From positions 222,385-286,384 of the forward strand of contig JAWKUM010000003.1 in the NCBI GenBank assembly GCA_041398545.1: DNA of 64,000 nucleotides, in the 5' to 3' direction. A program made the position numbers and the translations under genes. The number at the start of each line of letters is the position of its first letter. Positions within the stretch are counted from its first letter, which is position 1. Below the pieces are notes generated by a model that made no database searches, was not told where the DNA came from, and saw only the letters and a program-made list of their open reading frames with translations. Source of the stretch: Planctomycetota bacterium. GTDB taxonomy: Bacteria > Planctomycetota > UBA1135 > GCA-002748355. This document shows positions 34,430 through 43,364 of this stretch, in pieces.

Positions 34430-36130
34430 ATGCGCACCCGACTCCCCCTGGTCGTCGCCGTATTGACGGGCTCCGTGACCGGAGCGACGCCGCCTCCCCG
34501 ACAGGACCCGGCCGCGCAGGTCCGGGCCGAGGTCGAGGCCGTCGTGCGCTGGCGCAAGCCGCCGTTCCCCGAGGCGGTCGACGAGAGCTGCGCGCTGGTG
34601 TCGCTGACCAAGGACCCGCGGGTCCCGCGCTTCGTCGCCCTGAAGACGGGGGGCGACGGTCGGCTCGAGTGGCGGCACAGCGTCGCGAAGGGCACGCGGA
34701 TCCCGGCGCGGTTCCAGCTCGTGCGCGGGCTGCGGACGAGGCAGGACGTCGCGGCCTTCCGCCGGGATCCGGGGAGCCGGGACTGGCGTGTCGTGGACTG
34801 CGACCTCACCGAAGGCCTGACGTCGGCCCGCGTCGGTCCCCTGGCCCGTGCCGGCAGCCGGGTCCTGGCCTGGGGCCGCATCGTCGACCAGGACGGCCAG
34901 CCGTTCACCGGCAGGACCACCGTGTTCCTCGAGGTCGAGGAGGAGGACGTCGCCGGCGGCGAGCCTCGTCGGCGATGGACGGATCCGGGATATGCCCTGA
35001 TCCTGGCCATCGACGAGCACGACGGGGCCTTCGCGCTGCAGGCCGGCCCGGCGCCGGCCCAGGAGGCGAGACCGACACGGTTCAAGATCCTGACGCCCGC
35101 GAGGTACCGGAGCCAGGAGAACTGGATCACCGCGAGACCCTATCCGGCCGACGCGAGCATGCCGCTGGCCGTGAGGATGATCCACCCGGCCATGTTCGAC
35201 GTCAGGGTCTGGCATCCCGCGGCGACCAACCTGCCGCGGATCGCAGTCGAGCTCGTTCCCGAGCGAGACAACCTTTCCCTGCTCGGGACCCGGGTCGTCG
35301 ACCACAAGGCCACGTTCCGCAGCATTCCGCCGGCCAGGTACACGCTCCGGGTCCTGGACGCGGATCTCTCGGTACCGCTGGTCGAGCGCGCCGGGTTGAA
35401 CTTCGGGATCGGGGAGGAGCGCTCGCTGCACGGCTCGCAGGCGCTCGACGTCAGCGCCGGGCTCCGTCCGGTGCGCATCGTCGTGCTGGACGCGGACGGC
35501 AAGGTGCTCGGGCCGGGCAAGGCCTCGGTGTTCCGCGTCCACCCACGCAGGCCCCGGTACGGGCTCGAGGCGTGGCGGCCGGACCCCGACGGCACGTTCA
35601 CGTCGCTGGTCACGTCGGAGGGAATCCAGCTGCTGGTCACGGCTCCAGGTCAGGCCCCGCTGTGGGTGCCCAAGCTCGAGCGGGACGAGGTGCTGCGCCT
35701 GCCGCGCGCCGTCCAGGTCCGGATCGAGCTCCGGGGAGACGGGGTCGGCGCGGTCCCCGCCTCCGGGATCGACGTCGTCGCCGAGCCGGTAGGCCCGGTT
35801 CCCGAGTGTCTGCGCCGGCAGTGGGACGAGCGCTGGAGCGCCTACCTCGCGCGCATCGACCGCGGCCTCGACGTCGAGCCGGCCGAGCAGGACCCCCTCG
35901 GGCTTCTGGTGCTGCGTGGTCTGTGGACGAGGGATCGAAAGTCCTCGATCACCGTGCCGGGGGCGGGCCGCTACCGCTTCGAGCTCGTGCTCCGGCGCAA
36001 GGGGGCCCGGTCGGTGTCGCTCGGCCCGGCCCGGGAGGTCGAGGTCCTCGGGGGAGCCCATGACGACGTCGCCGAGCTCGAGCTGACCCGGGAAGTCCTC
36101 CACGGCGCAGAGCGGGCTCCGAGACGCTAG
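34430..36130 (+). CDS. Secreted beta-sandwich protein, paralog 1 of 4 (most divergent)
   Basis: Track ORF 34403..36130. ATG at 34430 with GGAGGG 4 nt upstream. N-terminus MRTRLPLVVAVLTGSVTG. Colinear with paralogs 2-4 (IPARF.LVRGL..R.DVAAFRRDP..RDW...). Confidence 0.7.
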   Translation: MRTRLPLVVAVLTGSVTGATPPPRQDPAAQVRAEVEAVVRWRKPPFPEAVDESCALVSLTKDPRVPRFVALKTGGDGRLEWRHSVAKGTRIPARFQLVRGLRTRQDVAAFRRDPGSRDWRVVDCDLTEGLTSARVGPLARAGSRVLAWGRIVDQDGQPFTGRTTVFLEVEEEDVAGGEPRRRWTDPGYALILAIDEHDGAFALQAGPAPAQEARPTRFKILTPARYRSQENWITARPYPADASMPLAVRMIHPAMFDVRVWHPAATNLPRIAVELVPERDNLSLLGTRVVDHKATFRSIPPARYTLRVLDADLSVPLVERAGLNFGIGEERSLHGSQALDVSAGLRPVRIVVLDADGKVLGPGKASVFRVHPRRPRYGLEAWRPDPDGTFTSLVTSEGIQLLVTAPGQAPLWVPKLERDEVLRLPRAVQVRIELRGDGVGAVPASGIDVVAEPVGPVPECLRRQWDERWSAYLARIDRGLDVEPAEQDPLGLLVLRGLWTRDRKSSITVPGAGRYRFELVLRRKGARSVSLGPAREVEVLGGAHDDVAELELTREVLHGAERAPRR

Positions 36131-36175
36131 ACTGCCGCGGCCCCGGCACCCATGTCCCGGAGGAGGAGCGCGCCG

Positions 36176-37834
36176 ATGCTCCCGATCCTGCTGTCCGTGC
36201 TCGCCCTGCCGGCGTCCCCGCTCGTCGCCCAGGACGCCGACGAGGACCTGCGCGTCGAGATCCGCCGGCCCAAGACGGCGGCGCCGCTCGAGGCGGGAAC
36301 AAAGTTCGGGGTCGTGCTCGGCTCGATGAGCCAGGGCATGCCGCGGTTCATGACCGCGACCCTCGCGGACGGCTGGATCGTCCTGAAGGTGCCGGCGCGG
36401 TTCTGCGACCAGCGGACGGTCCGCCTCTACCTCGTGCAGGGCCTCGCGGACCGCGACGAGGTCGGGGGGTTCTGGGCCAGGCCGTACGACCGGCGGTGGG
36501 GCAGCCTCGACCTGCGGCTGGATCGGGGCGGGCGGCTCCGGATGAACGCGGACTGGGTCGCGGAGGCCAACGCGCTGCTCGGCCGCGGCGAGCTCGTCGG
36601 CGCCGACGGCAAGGTCCCGCGGGAGCCGGAGATCCGGGTCTGGGCCGAGTTCGACCCCAAGGGCTATCGCCTGCAGCTCGGCTGCGTCGTCCTGTACGAC
36701 CCGTGGAGCGGGCGGTTCTGTGTACAGAAGCACGAGATGCGGGCTGGCAGCCACATCCGCCCTCATCGCGTCGTCTGCGAGGCCCTGACCTCGGGATCGT
36801 TCCCGCACGACCCCGGCACCGCGACCGCCGAGGCCGTCGAGCTCGACCCGGGTCGGACGGCCCGGCTCGAGCTGGTGCCCCGTTGCGCGCTCCGCGTCCG
36901 GATCCCGGGAGGGTGGCGCGAGGACCTCGGGAGCATGCAGTTCTTCCTCACGGGGAAGGACGCGGACGAAGGCCTCCAGGGCAGCATCCACGAGGACGGC
37001 GACGGACACGTCCTGTGGTTCGCCGGCGTGAGTCCGGGGACCTATCGACTCCGGCTGTATCCGCGGTGCTCCGACCTGCCGGCGTGGTCCTTCCTGCCCC
37101 GGTGGGAGAAGGGCGACCTCGTCCTGAAGGCCGGCGACGTGAAGGTGCCGGGTTGGGGCGTGCCGATCGGCGAGGAGTTCCAACGGATCGAGCTGACGGT
37201 GCTGGACGCGGACGGCGATCCCGTGCCCGGCGGCATCGTCAGGTGGATCGCGCTCCCCGACCTGGGCAAGGGCTACGGGTCGAACACCGTGGGCTTCGAC
37301 GGCTCGGCGAAGGGGCGCGTCCACTTCACGGTCCCCAACGGCGAGGGGCGCTTCGTCGTCGACGTCCCCGGGCACGAGCTCGCGTTCGTCGAGACGGCCG
37401 ATGACGAGGCGACGGTCCGGCTGAAGCGTGAGGTCGCCGGCAAGTCGAGGTGCGAGGTCTCCGTCCAGGGGATGCCAGAGGACAAGCGGCTCCACAAGGA
37501 CCTCTGGGTCGCCTGTGAGCGTGACGTGGACGTCCCGGCCTGGGCCCGACGCGTGGGGTCGTTCGGCCGCAAGCTGCCCCGGGCCGAGGTCGACGCCGAC
37601 GGCCGAGCCGTCGTCGAGGGCCTGGTCCCCGGCCGCTATCGAGTCCGGCTCCTCTACTACAAGCTCGGCCGTTCCGTCCTCGTCGATCGCCTCCCCGGAG
37701 ACGTCGTCGAGGTCCCCGCCGAAGGCGCGCGGGCCAAGTTCATCGTCGTCGAGCGACCGCTCTACCGGGCATTCAACTACTGGGACAGGATGCGTCCCTT
37801 CAAGGTGTCCACCGACGTCCCGGGGCAGAAGTGA
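36176..37834 (+). CDS. Secreted beta-sandwich protein, paralog 2 of 4
   Basis: Track ORF 36152..37834. ATG at 36176 (GGAGGAGG upstream) gives MLPILLSVLALPASPLVAQ. Family motifs FGVVLGS, VPARFC, YDPWSGRFCVQ, GSFPHDPG, DLWV, VDADGRAVVEGLVPGRYRVRL. Confidence 0.75.
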   Translation: MLPILLSVLALPASPLVAQDADEDLRVEIRRPKTAAPLEAGTKFGVVLGSMSQGMPRFMTATLADGWIVLKVPARFCDQRTVRLYLVQGLADRDEVGGFWARPYDRRWGSLDLRLDRGGRLRMNADWVAEANALLGRGELVGADGKVPREPEIRVWAEFDPKGYRLQLGCVVLYDPWSGRFCVQKHEMRAGSHIRPHRVVCEALTSGSFPHDPGTATAEAVELDPGRTARLELVPRCALRVRIPGGWREDLGSMQFFLTGKDADEGLQGSIHEDGDGHVLWFAGVSPGTYRLRLYPRCSDLPAWSFLPRWEKGDLVLKAGDVKVPGWGVPIGEEFQRIELTVLDADGDPVPGGIVRWIALPDLGKGYGSNTVGFDGSAKGRVHFTVPNGEGRFVVDVPGHELAFVETADDEATVRLKREVAGKSRCEVSVQGMPEDKRLHKDLWVACERDVDVPAWARRVGSFGRKLPRAEVDADGRAVVEGLVPGRYRVRLLYYKLGRSVLVDRLPGDVVEVPAEGARAKFIVVERPLYRAFNYWDRMRPFKVSTDVPGQK

Positions 37835-37923
37835 GGCCGGCCGGAGGATCCCACCCGGTGTCCCGCGACGACCGGGGCCCCGGACCGGGCCGTGAGGCCC
37901 TGCCTGCTCCAAGGAGAGTAACC

Positions 37924-39597
37924 ATGCTCCCGATCCTGCTGTCGCTGCTCGCCGTGACGCTTCCGCTCTCGACGGCAATCGCGGGTCCCTCCGACGGGAT
38001 CCAATCTGCCGCCCAAGACGCCTGCAAGCTCAGCACGTCCACCCCGAGCGAGGATGGCAAGCTGGTGGAGGGAGGCCGGTACGGGGTCGTGCTCGGTTCG
38101 GCGATCCCTGACATGGTGCGCTTCCAGGTCGTCGAAGCCGTCAAGGGTCGAATCGAGTGGGAGGTCCCGGCCCGGTTCTGCAACGGTCAGAGCGTCGTCT
38201 GGTACATCGTCCAGGGGCTCGACGACAAGGAACGGCTGGCGGAGTTCTGGAAGGACCCCGGCTCCTGGCGTTGGGGGCGCGTCCAGTTCTTCCTCCAACA
38301 TGTCGGGAGAAATGGCGGGGGAACCTCCTGGGTCCACCCGGAGGGCCGCGTCCTCGGCTCCGGTCGGCTCGTCGACTCAAGAAGGTCGGTGCCGGACAAC
38401 CTGTCGTTCGAGCTGGAGGCCACCAACGCTCAGCTCGAACAGCGAGGCAAGATCTTCCGCTCCCATGCCCAATGCATCCCGATCGTGGATCCCTGGAGCG
38501 GCCGGTACTGGATCCAGAGCCCCTGGCCCACGGGCTCGTGCGCTTGGATCCGTGTGCGATCGGCCGGGAGGTTCCCCGACCGACCGGCTGAGACCTCCGG
38601 CGAGTGGATCGAGCTGGGCACGGACGAGGCCGAGGTCATACGCCTCCAACCCCTCGCAGGCCTGAGGATCCCCGTGACCGGCAAGGACCCCTTGCTCCTG
38701 TGGGAGATGAAGGGGCGCTTGGACAGTTGGGAACAGCATCTGGCCTCGGGGTCCGTGGTGCCGATCCAGGTCGACGGCGGGACCTGGCTGTGGATCGACG
38801 GGATCAGTCAGGGAAAGCACCAGGTCCTGCTCGGGGTCGAGGGGGAGAACTCGCCGCTTTGGACCAGCGAGCCCGTGAGCCTCGAGAAGGGCATGGTCAA
38901 GACGCTCGAGCAGGGCCTCGACCTGGACCGCGTCATCTGGAAGGTCCGGGTCGAGGTGAAGGACGATCGGGGTGCCGCCCTGAAGGGCGCGGTGGTCTAC
39001 CGGATCACGCACTTCGACGAGAACGGCAAGGGTGCCGGCCACAGGGGCGGCGCGGTGGACGACGAGGGTGCGGCGAGCTTGCCCGTGACCTCGCGGGGAG
39101 GTCGCTTGGTAGTGCTCGCTGAGGGCTTCGAGCCGGGCATCCTCGGTGGCGTCAAGGAGGACCTGGTCGTCAGGCTGCGGCGCCTGCCCGTCGGAGCGGC
39201 CACCCTCGACGTCGTCCTCCAGGGCCTCCCCCGCGAGGCGGGGATGCTCGACGACCTCTGGGTGCGGATGGAGCCGGTGGAGGGGATCCCCGACTGGGCG
39301 GCCTATGTCCTGGCCAGCTCCAACAAGCTCCGCAAGGCCGCCGTGGACAAGGACGGACGTGCGTCCTTCGCGAGGCTCCCACTGGGCAAGGTCCGCCTCC
39401 GCCTGGCCTACGGCAAGGAACGGTACTGGGTCGCGGTCCGGGACAAGGACGGCTTCGAGGTCGAGGTCGTCGAGGGCGGTCGCCAGGCCCTGATGCCGGT
39501 CCCCGAAAAGGCGCTGCGACAGGCCCATGAGCAGTGGGCACGGCACGTTCGGTTCGTTGACGATCGGAATCGGAGGATTCCTCCGCAACGGCGTTGA
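37924..39597 (+). CDS. Secreted beta-sandwich protein, paralog 3 of 4
   Basis: Track ORF 37831..39597. ATG at 37924 with AAGGAG upstream gives MLPILLSLLAVTLPLSTAIAG. Motifs YGVVLGS, VPARFC, EFWKDPGSWRWGRV, VDPWSGRYWIQ, DLWV, VDKDGRASFARLPLGKVRLRL. Confidence 0.75.
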   Translation: MLPILLSLLAVTLPLSTAIAGPSDGIQSAAQDACKLSTSTPSEDGKLVEGGRYGVVLGSAIPDMVRFQVVEAVKGRIEWEVPARFCNGQSVVWYIVQGLDDKERLAEFWKDPGSWRWGRVQFFLQHVGRNGGGTSWVHPEGRVLGSGRLVDSRRSVPDNLSFELEATNAQLEQRGKIFRSHAQCIPIVDPWSGRYWIQSPWPTGSCAWIRVRSAGRFPDRPAETSGEWIELGTDEAEVIRLQPLAGLRIPVTGKDPLLLWEMKGRLDSWEQHLASGSVVPIQVDGGTWLWIDGISQGKHQVLLGVEGENSPLWTSEPVSLEKGMVKTLEQGLDLDRVIWKVRVEVKDDRGAALKGAVVYRITHFDENGKGAGHRGGAVDDEGAASLPVTSRGGRLVVLAEGFEPGILGGVKEDLVVRLRRLPVGAATLDVVLQGLPREAGMLDDLWVRMEPVEGIPDWAAYVLASSNKLRKAAVDKDGRASFARLPLGKVRLRLAYGKERYWVAVRDKDGFEVEVVEGGRQALMPVPEKALRQAHEQWARHVRFVDDRNRRIPPQRR

Positions 39598-39622
39598 GCA
39601 TCGGGAAAGAGGTCACGATGAG

Positions 39623-41332
39623 ATGAATGCGGTACTGCTCGCCAGCACCCCCCTCGTGCTGCTCCTTCCCTGCCAGGACCCGACCCCGAAGCCGCGGGCG
39701 CCGGAGCCGGGCTGCAGGATCTCGGTGCCGCTGGTCGCGGACCGCGGCGATCCCGCGGACGCGAAGCGCTTCGGGCTCGTGCTCGGCTCGGACCGGGCCG
39801 GGATGCGGCGCTTCGAGGTGCTCGACGTCCAGGACGGGAAGCTCGCGTGGGACGTGCCGGCCCGGGCCTGCGACGGGACGAGGCTGACCTGGTACCTCGT
39901 GCGCGGGCTCTCCGACAAGGAGCAGGTGGGGGAGTTCTGGAAGGATCCGACCCGCTGGCGTTGGGGTCGGGTCGACGTCGAGGCGCAGAAGGGCAAGCAG
40001 CTGGACGGGTATGTGGCCTGGGTGTCCGAGGACCCGGTCCTGCTCGGTTCGGGAATCCTCGAGGAAGCGGACGGTGGGGCGCCGAGGGACCCGCGCTTCT
40101 CGGTCACGGTCAAGGAGAGATACCAGCTGGTGCAGGCCCGGATGAACTGGCACCTGAGCTCCAACGCGGTCCTGTACGATCCCTGGAGCGGCCGCTTCTG
40201 GGTCCAGGGCGTCGACCTGGACACCGACGGCAAGGGGGCACAGGTCTGGTGCACGGTCGAGACCACAGGTTCGTTCCCCGATCTTCCGGGCAGCGCTACG
40301 GAGCAGAGGGTCGAGCTGGATCCGGGTGAGGGGCTCAGGATCCGACTCCGACCCACCGCCGCGTTGATCGCGAGGATCGATCCCGGCGGGTTCACGCAGT
40401 TGGACCGGTTCCAGTTCTATCTCTGGTCCGAATCGGGCAAGGACTGCTCCTACGGCACGGTCCATGATTCGGGATCCGGTCCGAGGGCCTGGTTCGACCG
40501 CCTGCCCGAGGGCTCGTACAGGCTCGAGTGCAGGTCGCCCAGCTCCGGCGCTGCCGACTGGTCCCGTGAGGGCATCCGGGTCAAGGCCGGTGAGGTCATG
40601 GAGCTGCCCGTCGCGATCCCGCTGGACGAGGTCGCCCGCCGGATCGAGTTCCAGGTCACCGACGCCTCCGGGCAACCAGTGAGGTCCGGCCAGATCCGCG
40701 TCGTCTACCACTACCTGACGCCGAACCCTGACGGCTCCCGGTCGACCTCCAGTGGAGGGAAGCGCTTCCAACCTGACGGGGACGGCCGCCTCGTCTTCGA
40801 GGTCCCGGCCCGTGGCAGCCGCTTCGTCGTCATCGTTCCCGGACACGAGCCCGTGGTCATCGACGAGACCAACGAGGACCACAAGGTCAGGCTCCAACGG
40901 CAGCACACCGGCAAGACCGCGCTCGAGGTCGCGCTCGCGGGCATCGACGAGGAACCGCAGCTGAAGCAGGACCTCTGGGTCCTGCTCGAGCCGGTCGCCG
41001 ACGTCCCGGTCTGGGCCAGCCAACACTGCTTCGGCGGGGTCATGGATCTGCGCAGGGCCAGGGTCGACAAGGACGGGCTGGCCCGCTTCGAGGGGCTGCC
41101 GGCCGAAGGCTTCCGGATCCGGCTCACGTACGGGGACGAGGAGGGGAGCTGGAAGGTGCCCGAGGACATCTCGCAGAGGGTCCTCTTCTGCCAGGAACGG
41201 GCCAAGACGACCCTTCCGGTCAACGCGAACCGGCTGCGCGAGTCCCACGCGACCTGGCAGAGGCTGCTCGAGGGCCGCAGGAAGCGGGAGGAAGCGGCCT
41301 CTCGCGGATCTTCGGGCTCTGGCAGGGAGTAG
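39623..41332 (+). CDS. Secreted beta-sandwich protein, paralog 4 of 4
   Basis: Track ORF 39527..41332. ATG at 39623 gives MNAVLLASTPLVLLLPCQD. Motifs FGLVLGS, VPARAC, EFWKDPTRWRWGRV, YDPWSGRFWVQ, GSFPDLPG, DLWV, VDKDGLARFEGLPAEGFRIRL. Confidence 0.75.
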   Translation: MNAVLLASTPLVLLLPCQDPTPKPRAPEPGCRISVPLVADRGDPADAKRFGLVLGSDRAGMRRFEVLDVQDGKLAWDVPARACDGTRLTWYLVRGLSDKEQVGEFWKDPTRWRWGRVDVEAQKGKQLDGYVAWVSEDPVLLGSGILEEADGGAPRDPRFSVTVKERYQLVQARMNWHLSSNAVLYDPWSGRFWVQGVDLDTDGKGAQVWCTVETTGSFPDLPGSATEQRVELDPGEGLRIRLRPTAALIARIDPGGFTQLDRFQFYLWSESGKDCSYGTVHDSGSGPRAWFDRLPEGSYRLECRSPSSGAADWSREGIRVKAGEVMELPVAIPLDEVARRIEFQVTDASGQPVRSGQIRVVYHYLTPNPDGSRSTSSGGKRFQPDGDGRLVFEVPARGSRFVVIVPGHEPVVIDETNEDHKVRLQRQHTGKTALEVALAGIDEEPQLKQDLWVLLEPVADVPVWASQHCFGGVMDLRRARVDKDGLARFEGLPAEGFRIRLTYGDEEGSWKVPEDISQRVLFCQERAKTTLPVNANRLRESHATWQRLLEGRRKREEAASRGSSGSGRE

Positions 41333-41441
41333 CAGGCGAACACCCCAAGGGGCCTTCCCGAAAGTGGAAAGTCGCGGGGCTCCGTAACATTCCCGCCTCG
41401 AATTCCCAGACTGCTCCCTCCCCTTATCCAGGAGCCCCCGC

Positions 41442-42806
41442 ATGTCCTTCGCCAGCTCGCTGCGGCTCGCCGCCGCCGTCGCCGTCATCGCCTGCGCCGC
41501 CCAGGCCCAGGTCGTGGTCCAGGAGTCGATGACCAACTGGACCCACGCCGGGACGACCGGCTGGACCGACGACTTCACGCTGTCCGGCTCGTTCTCGGGC
41601 AAGGTCGACCGCCTCGACTCGGCGACCTCGCTCAACTACACGCGCACGCTCAACACCCTCAAGAAGGGCCACTACGTCGCGACGATCCGCGTCCAGAAGT
41701 TCAAGGACAACGTCGGGACCGCCCCGCTGACCCTCGAGGTCATCGGCGCCGGCAAGACCACCGAGGAGACGATCACGTTCTCCCAGCTCGGCGAGAACGA
41801 CGTCAAGGTCGGCCAGTGGATCTGGCTCCAGAGTGCGACGTTCACGGTCGCGGCCGACAACGCCCCGGTCCTGTTCCGGCTCTACAACCTCGACACCCAG
41901 GTCACCAAGCAGAACTACTACTTCGACGAGTTCAAGGTCGGCGCGATCCCCGAGGGCAAGGCGCTCAAGTACCAGAGCCTCGACCTCGACTACGCCCCGT
42001 GGACCGGCGCCTGGGTCGGCAACACGACGTACTTCGCGGCCCACACGCCCGAGAAGTCCTCGGCGTTCGGCGAGGTCGCCAAGCTCAACTACGTCAGCTG
42101 GATGGAGTTCAAGAGCTACTACGGCTGGAACAGCAACCAGCCGGTGCACCACATGGTCCTCCAGCCGGGGACCTACACGATCAACTGGCGCGTCCAGGTC
42201 CCGACCAGCGGCGCCCAGCCGATCGACATGATCTACAACATCAACTCGACCGGCAACGTGACCCGGACCTGGGCCACGGCCGAGCAGGTCGCCGGCCAGT
42301 GGCAGCTGACGCCCAACGTGTCGTTCACGATCACGCAGAAGGACACGCCGGTCCGCTTCATCTTCCGCAACATCGCGTCGACCTCCAAGTCGGGCTTCGC
42401 CTTCGACTCGTTCATGGTCCGGGCCGGCGCCTTCGACGTGTCCGGCACGGCCTGCAAGTCCTCGCTCGGCGACGTCCTCATCGACGGCAACGTGCCCCAG
42501 CTCGGCGAGCCGTTCACGACGACGGTCACCGGCGTGCCCCAGGTCGCGGTGTTCTTCATCGGCGCCCAGGCCACCAGCGTCGACATGAGCCCGGCCGGCA
42601 TGACCGGCTGCACGCTCTACACGCTGCCGATGGCCCTGTTCCCGGCCACGGCCGCGGCCAACGTCGCCGCGCTGACGATCCCCGTGCCCAACGACACCAC
42701 GCTGCTCGGCGCCGCCTGGTACCAGCAGGCCTTCGTCCTCGACGCCCAGGCCAACAACTTCGGCGGCGCGCTCAGCACGGTCGGCAAGGCCCTGATCGCC
42801 AACTGA
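41442..42806 (+). CDS. Secreted hypothetical protein (two beta-rich, CBM-like halves plus a C-terminal beta domain)
   Basis: RBS AGGAG upstream. Signal peptide MSFASSLRLAAAVAVIACAAQAQ. Asn/Thr/Tyr/Trp-rich sequence. No catalytic motif recognised. Confidence 0.65.
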   Translation: MSFASSLRLAAAVAVIACAAQAQVVVQESMTNWTHAGTTGWTDDFTLSGSFSGKVDRLDSATSLNYTRTLNTLKKGHYVATIRVQKFKDNVGTAPLTLEVIGAGKTTEETITFSQLGENDVKVGQWIWLQSATFTVAADNAPVLFRLYNLDTQVTKQNYYFDEFKVGAIPEGKALKYQSLDLDYAPWTGAWVGNTTYFAAHTPEKSSAFGEVAKLNYVSWMEFKSYYGWNSNQPVHHMVLQPGTYTINWRVQVPTSGAQPIDMIYNINSTGNVTRTWATAEQVAGQWQLTPNVSFTITQKDTPVRFIFRNIASTSKSGFAFDSFMVRAGAFDVSGTACKSSLGDVLIDGNVPQLGEPFTTTVTGVPQVAVFFIGAQATSVDMSPAGMTGCTLYTLPMALFPATAAANVAALTIPVPNDTTLLGAAWYQQAFVLDAQANNFGGALSTVGKALIAN

Positions 42807-42817
42807 GGCCCCCGCGT

Positions 42818-42847
42818 CACATCCGGGGGGCCCGCCCCCCGGATGTG
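42818..42847 (+). terminator. Strong hairpin terminator candidate
   Basis: CACATCCGGGGGG-cccg-CCCCCCGGATGTG, a perfect 13-bp stem starting 12 nt after the stop at 42806. Confidence 0.6.
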
Positions 42848-42893
42848 CCGGGTCCGGCTTCCCTGACCACCCCGCCGGCGTAGACTCCGGCCC

Positions 42894-43364
42894 ATGGCCA
42901 GGGCGCCGGTCCGCAAGATCCTCGTGCCGGTCGACCTCTCGCGGCGCGACGTGGAGACGGTCGACTACGCGATCGCCCTCGCCCTGCAGCTCGGCGCCGA
43001 GCTGTGGCTGTTCTCGGTCATCGACTCGCCGACCAAGCTCTACCTGATCCAGAGCCAGCCGGCCGAGCACAAGAAGGACGAGGGCTTCAACGCCAGGGTC
43101 GTCGAGGACGCCAAGGTCCTGCTCCGGCGGCTCGTCGACCGGGCGACCCAGAAGGGCGTCCAGGCCTTCGGGCACGCCGTCGTGTCCGAGCGGCCCGACC
43201 GCGAGATCCCGCGCGAGGCCCAGGAGCGCGGCGTCGACCTGATCCTGTTCGGCGACCGCGAGCACGGGCTGCTGTCGCGGCTGTTCTTCGGCGACACGAC
43301 CGAGGAGGTGCTGGAGAAGGCACCCTGCCCGGTCCTCGTGGTCAAGCACAGGGACCGCCGATGA
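42894..43364 (+). CDS. Universal stress protein (UspA family)
   Basis: ILVPVDLS..., ...LILFGDREHG..., GDTTEEVLEKAPCPVLVV, typical of Usp. Confidence 0.85.
   Translation: MARAPVRKILVPVDLSRRDVETVDYAIALALQLGAELWLFSVIDSPTKLYLIQSQPAEHKKDEGFNARVVEDAKVLLRRLVDRATQKGVQAFGHAVVSERPDREIPREAQERGVDLILFGDREHGLLSRLFFGDTTEEVLEKAPCPVLVVKHRDRR

Noticed and set aside
34349-41332. A functional link between the error-prone polymerase cassette and diversification of the adjacent paralog array
   Set aside because: This rests on adjacency only. There is no template repeat, reverse transcriptase or other targeted-diversification machinery, and the polymerase genes look inactive. The idea is too speculative to report as a finding.
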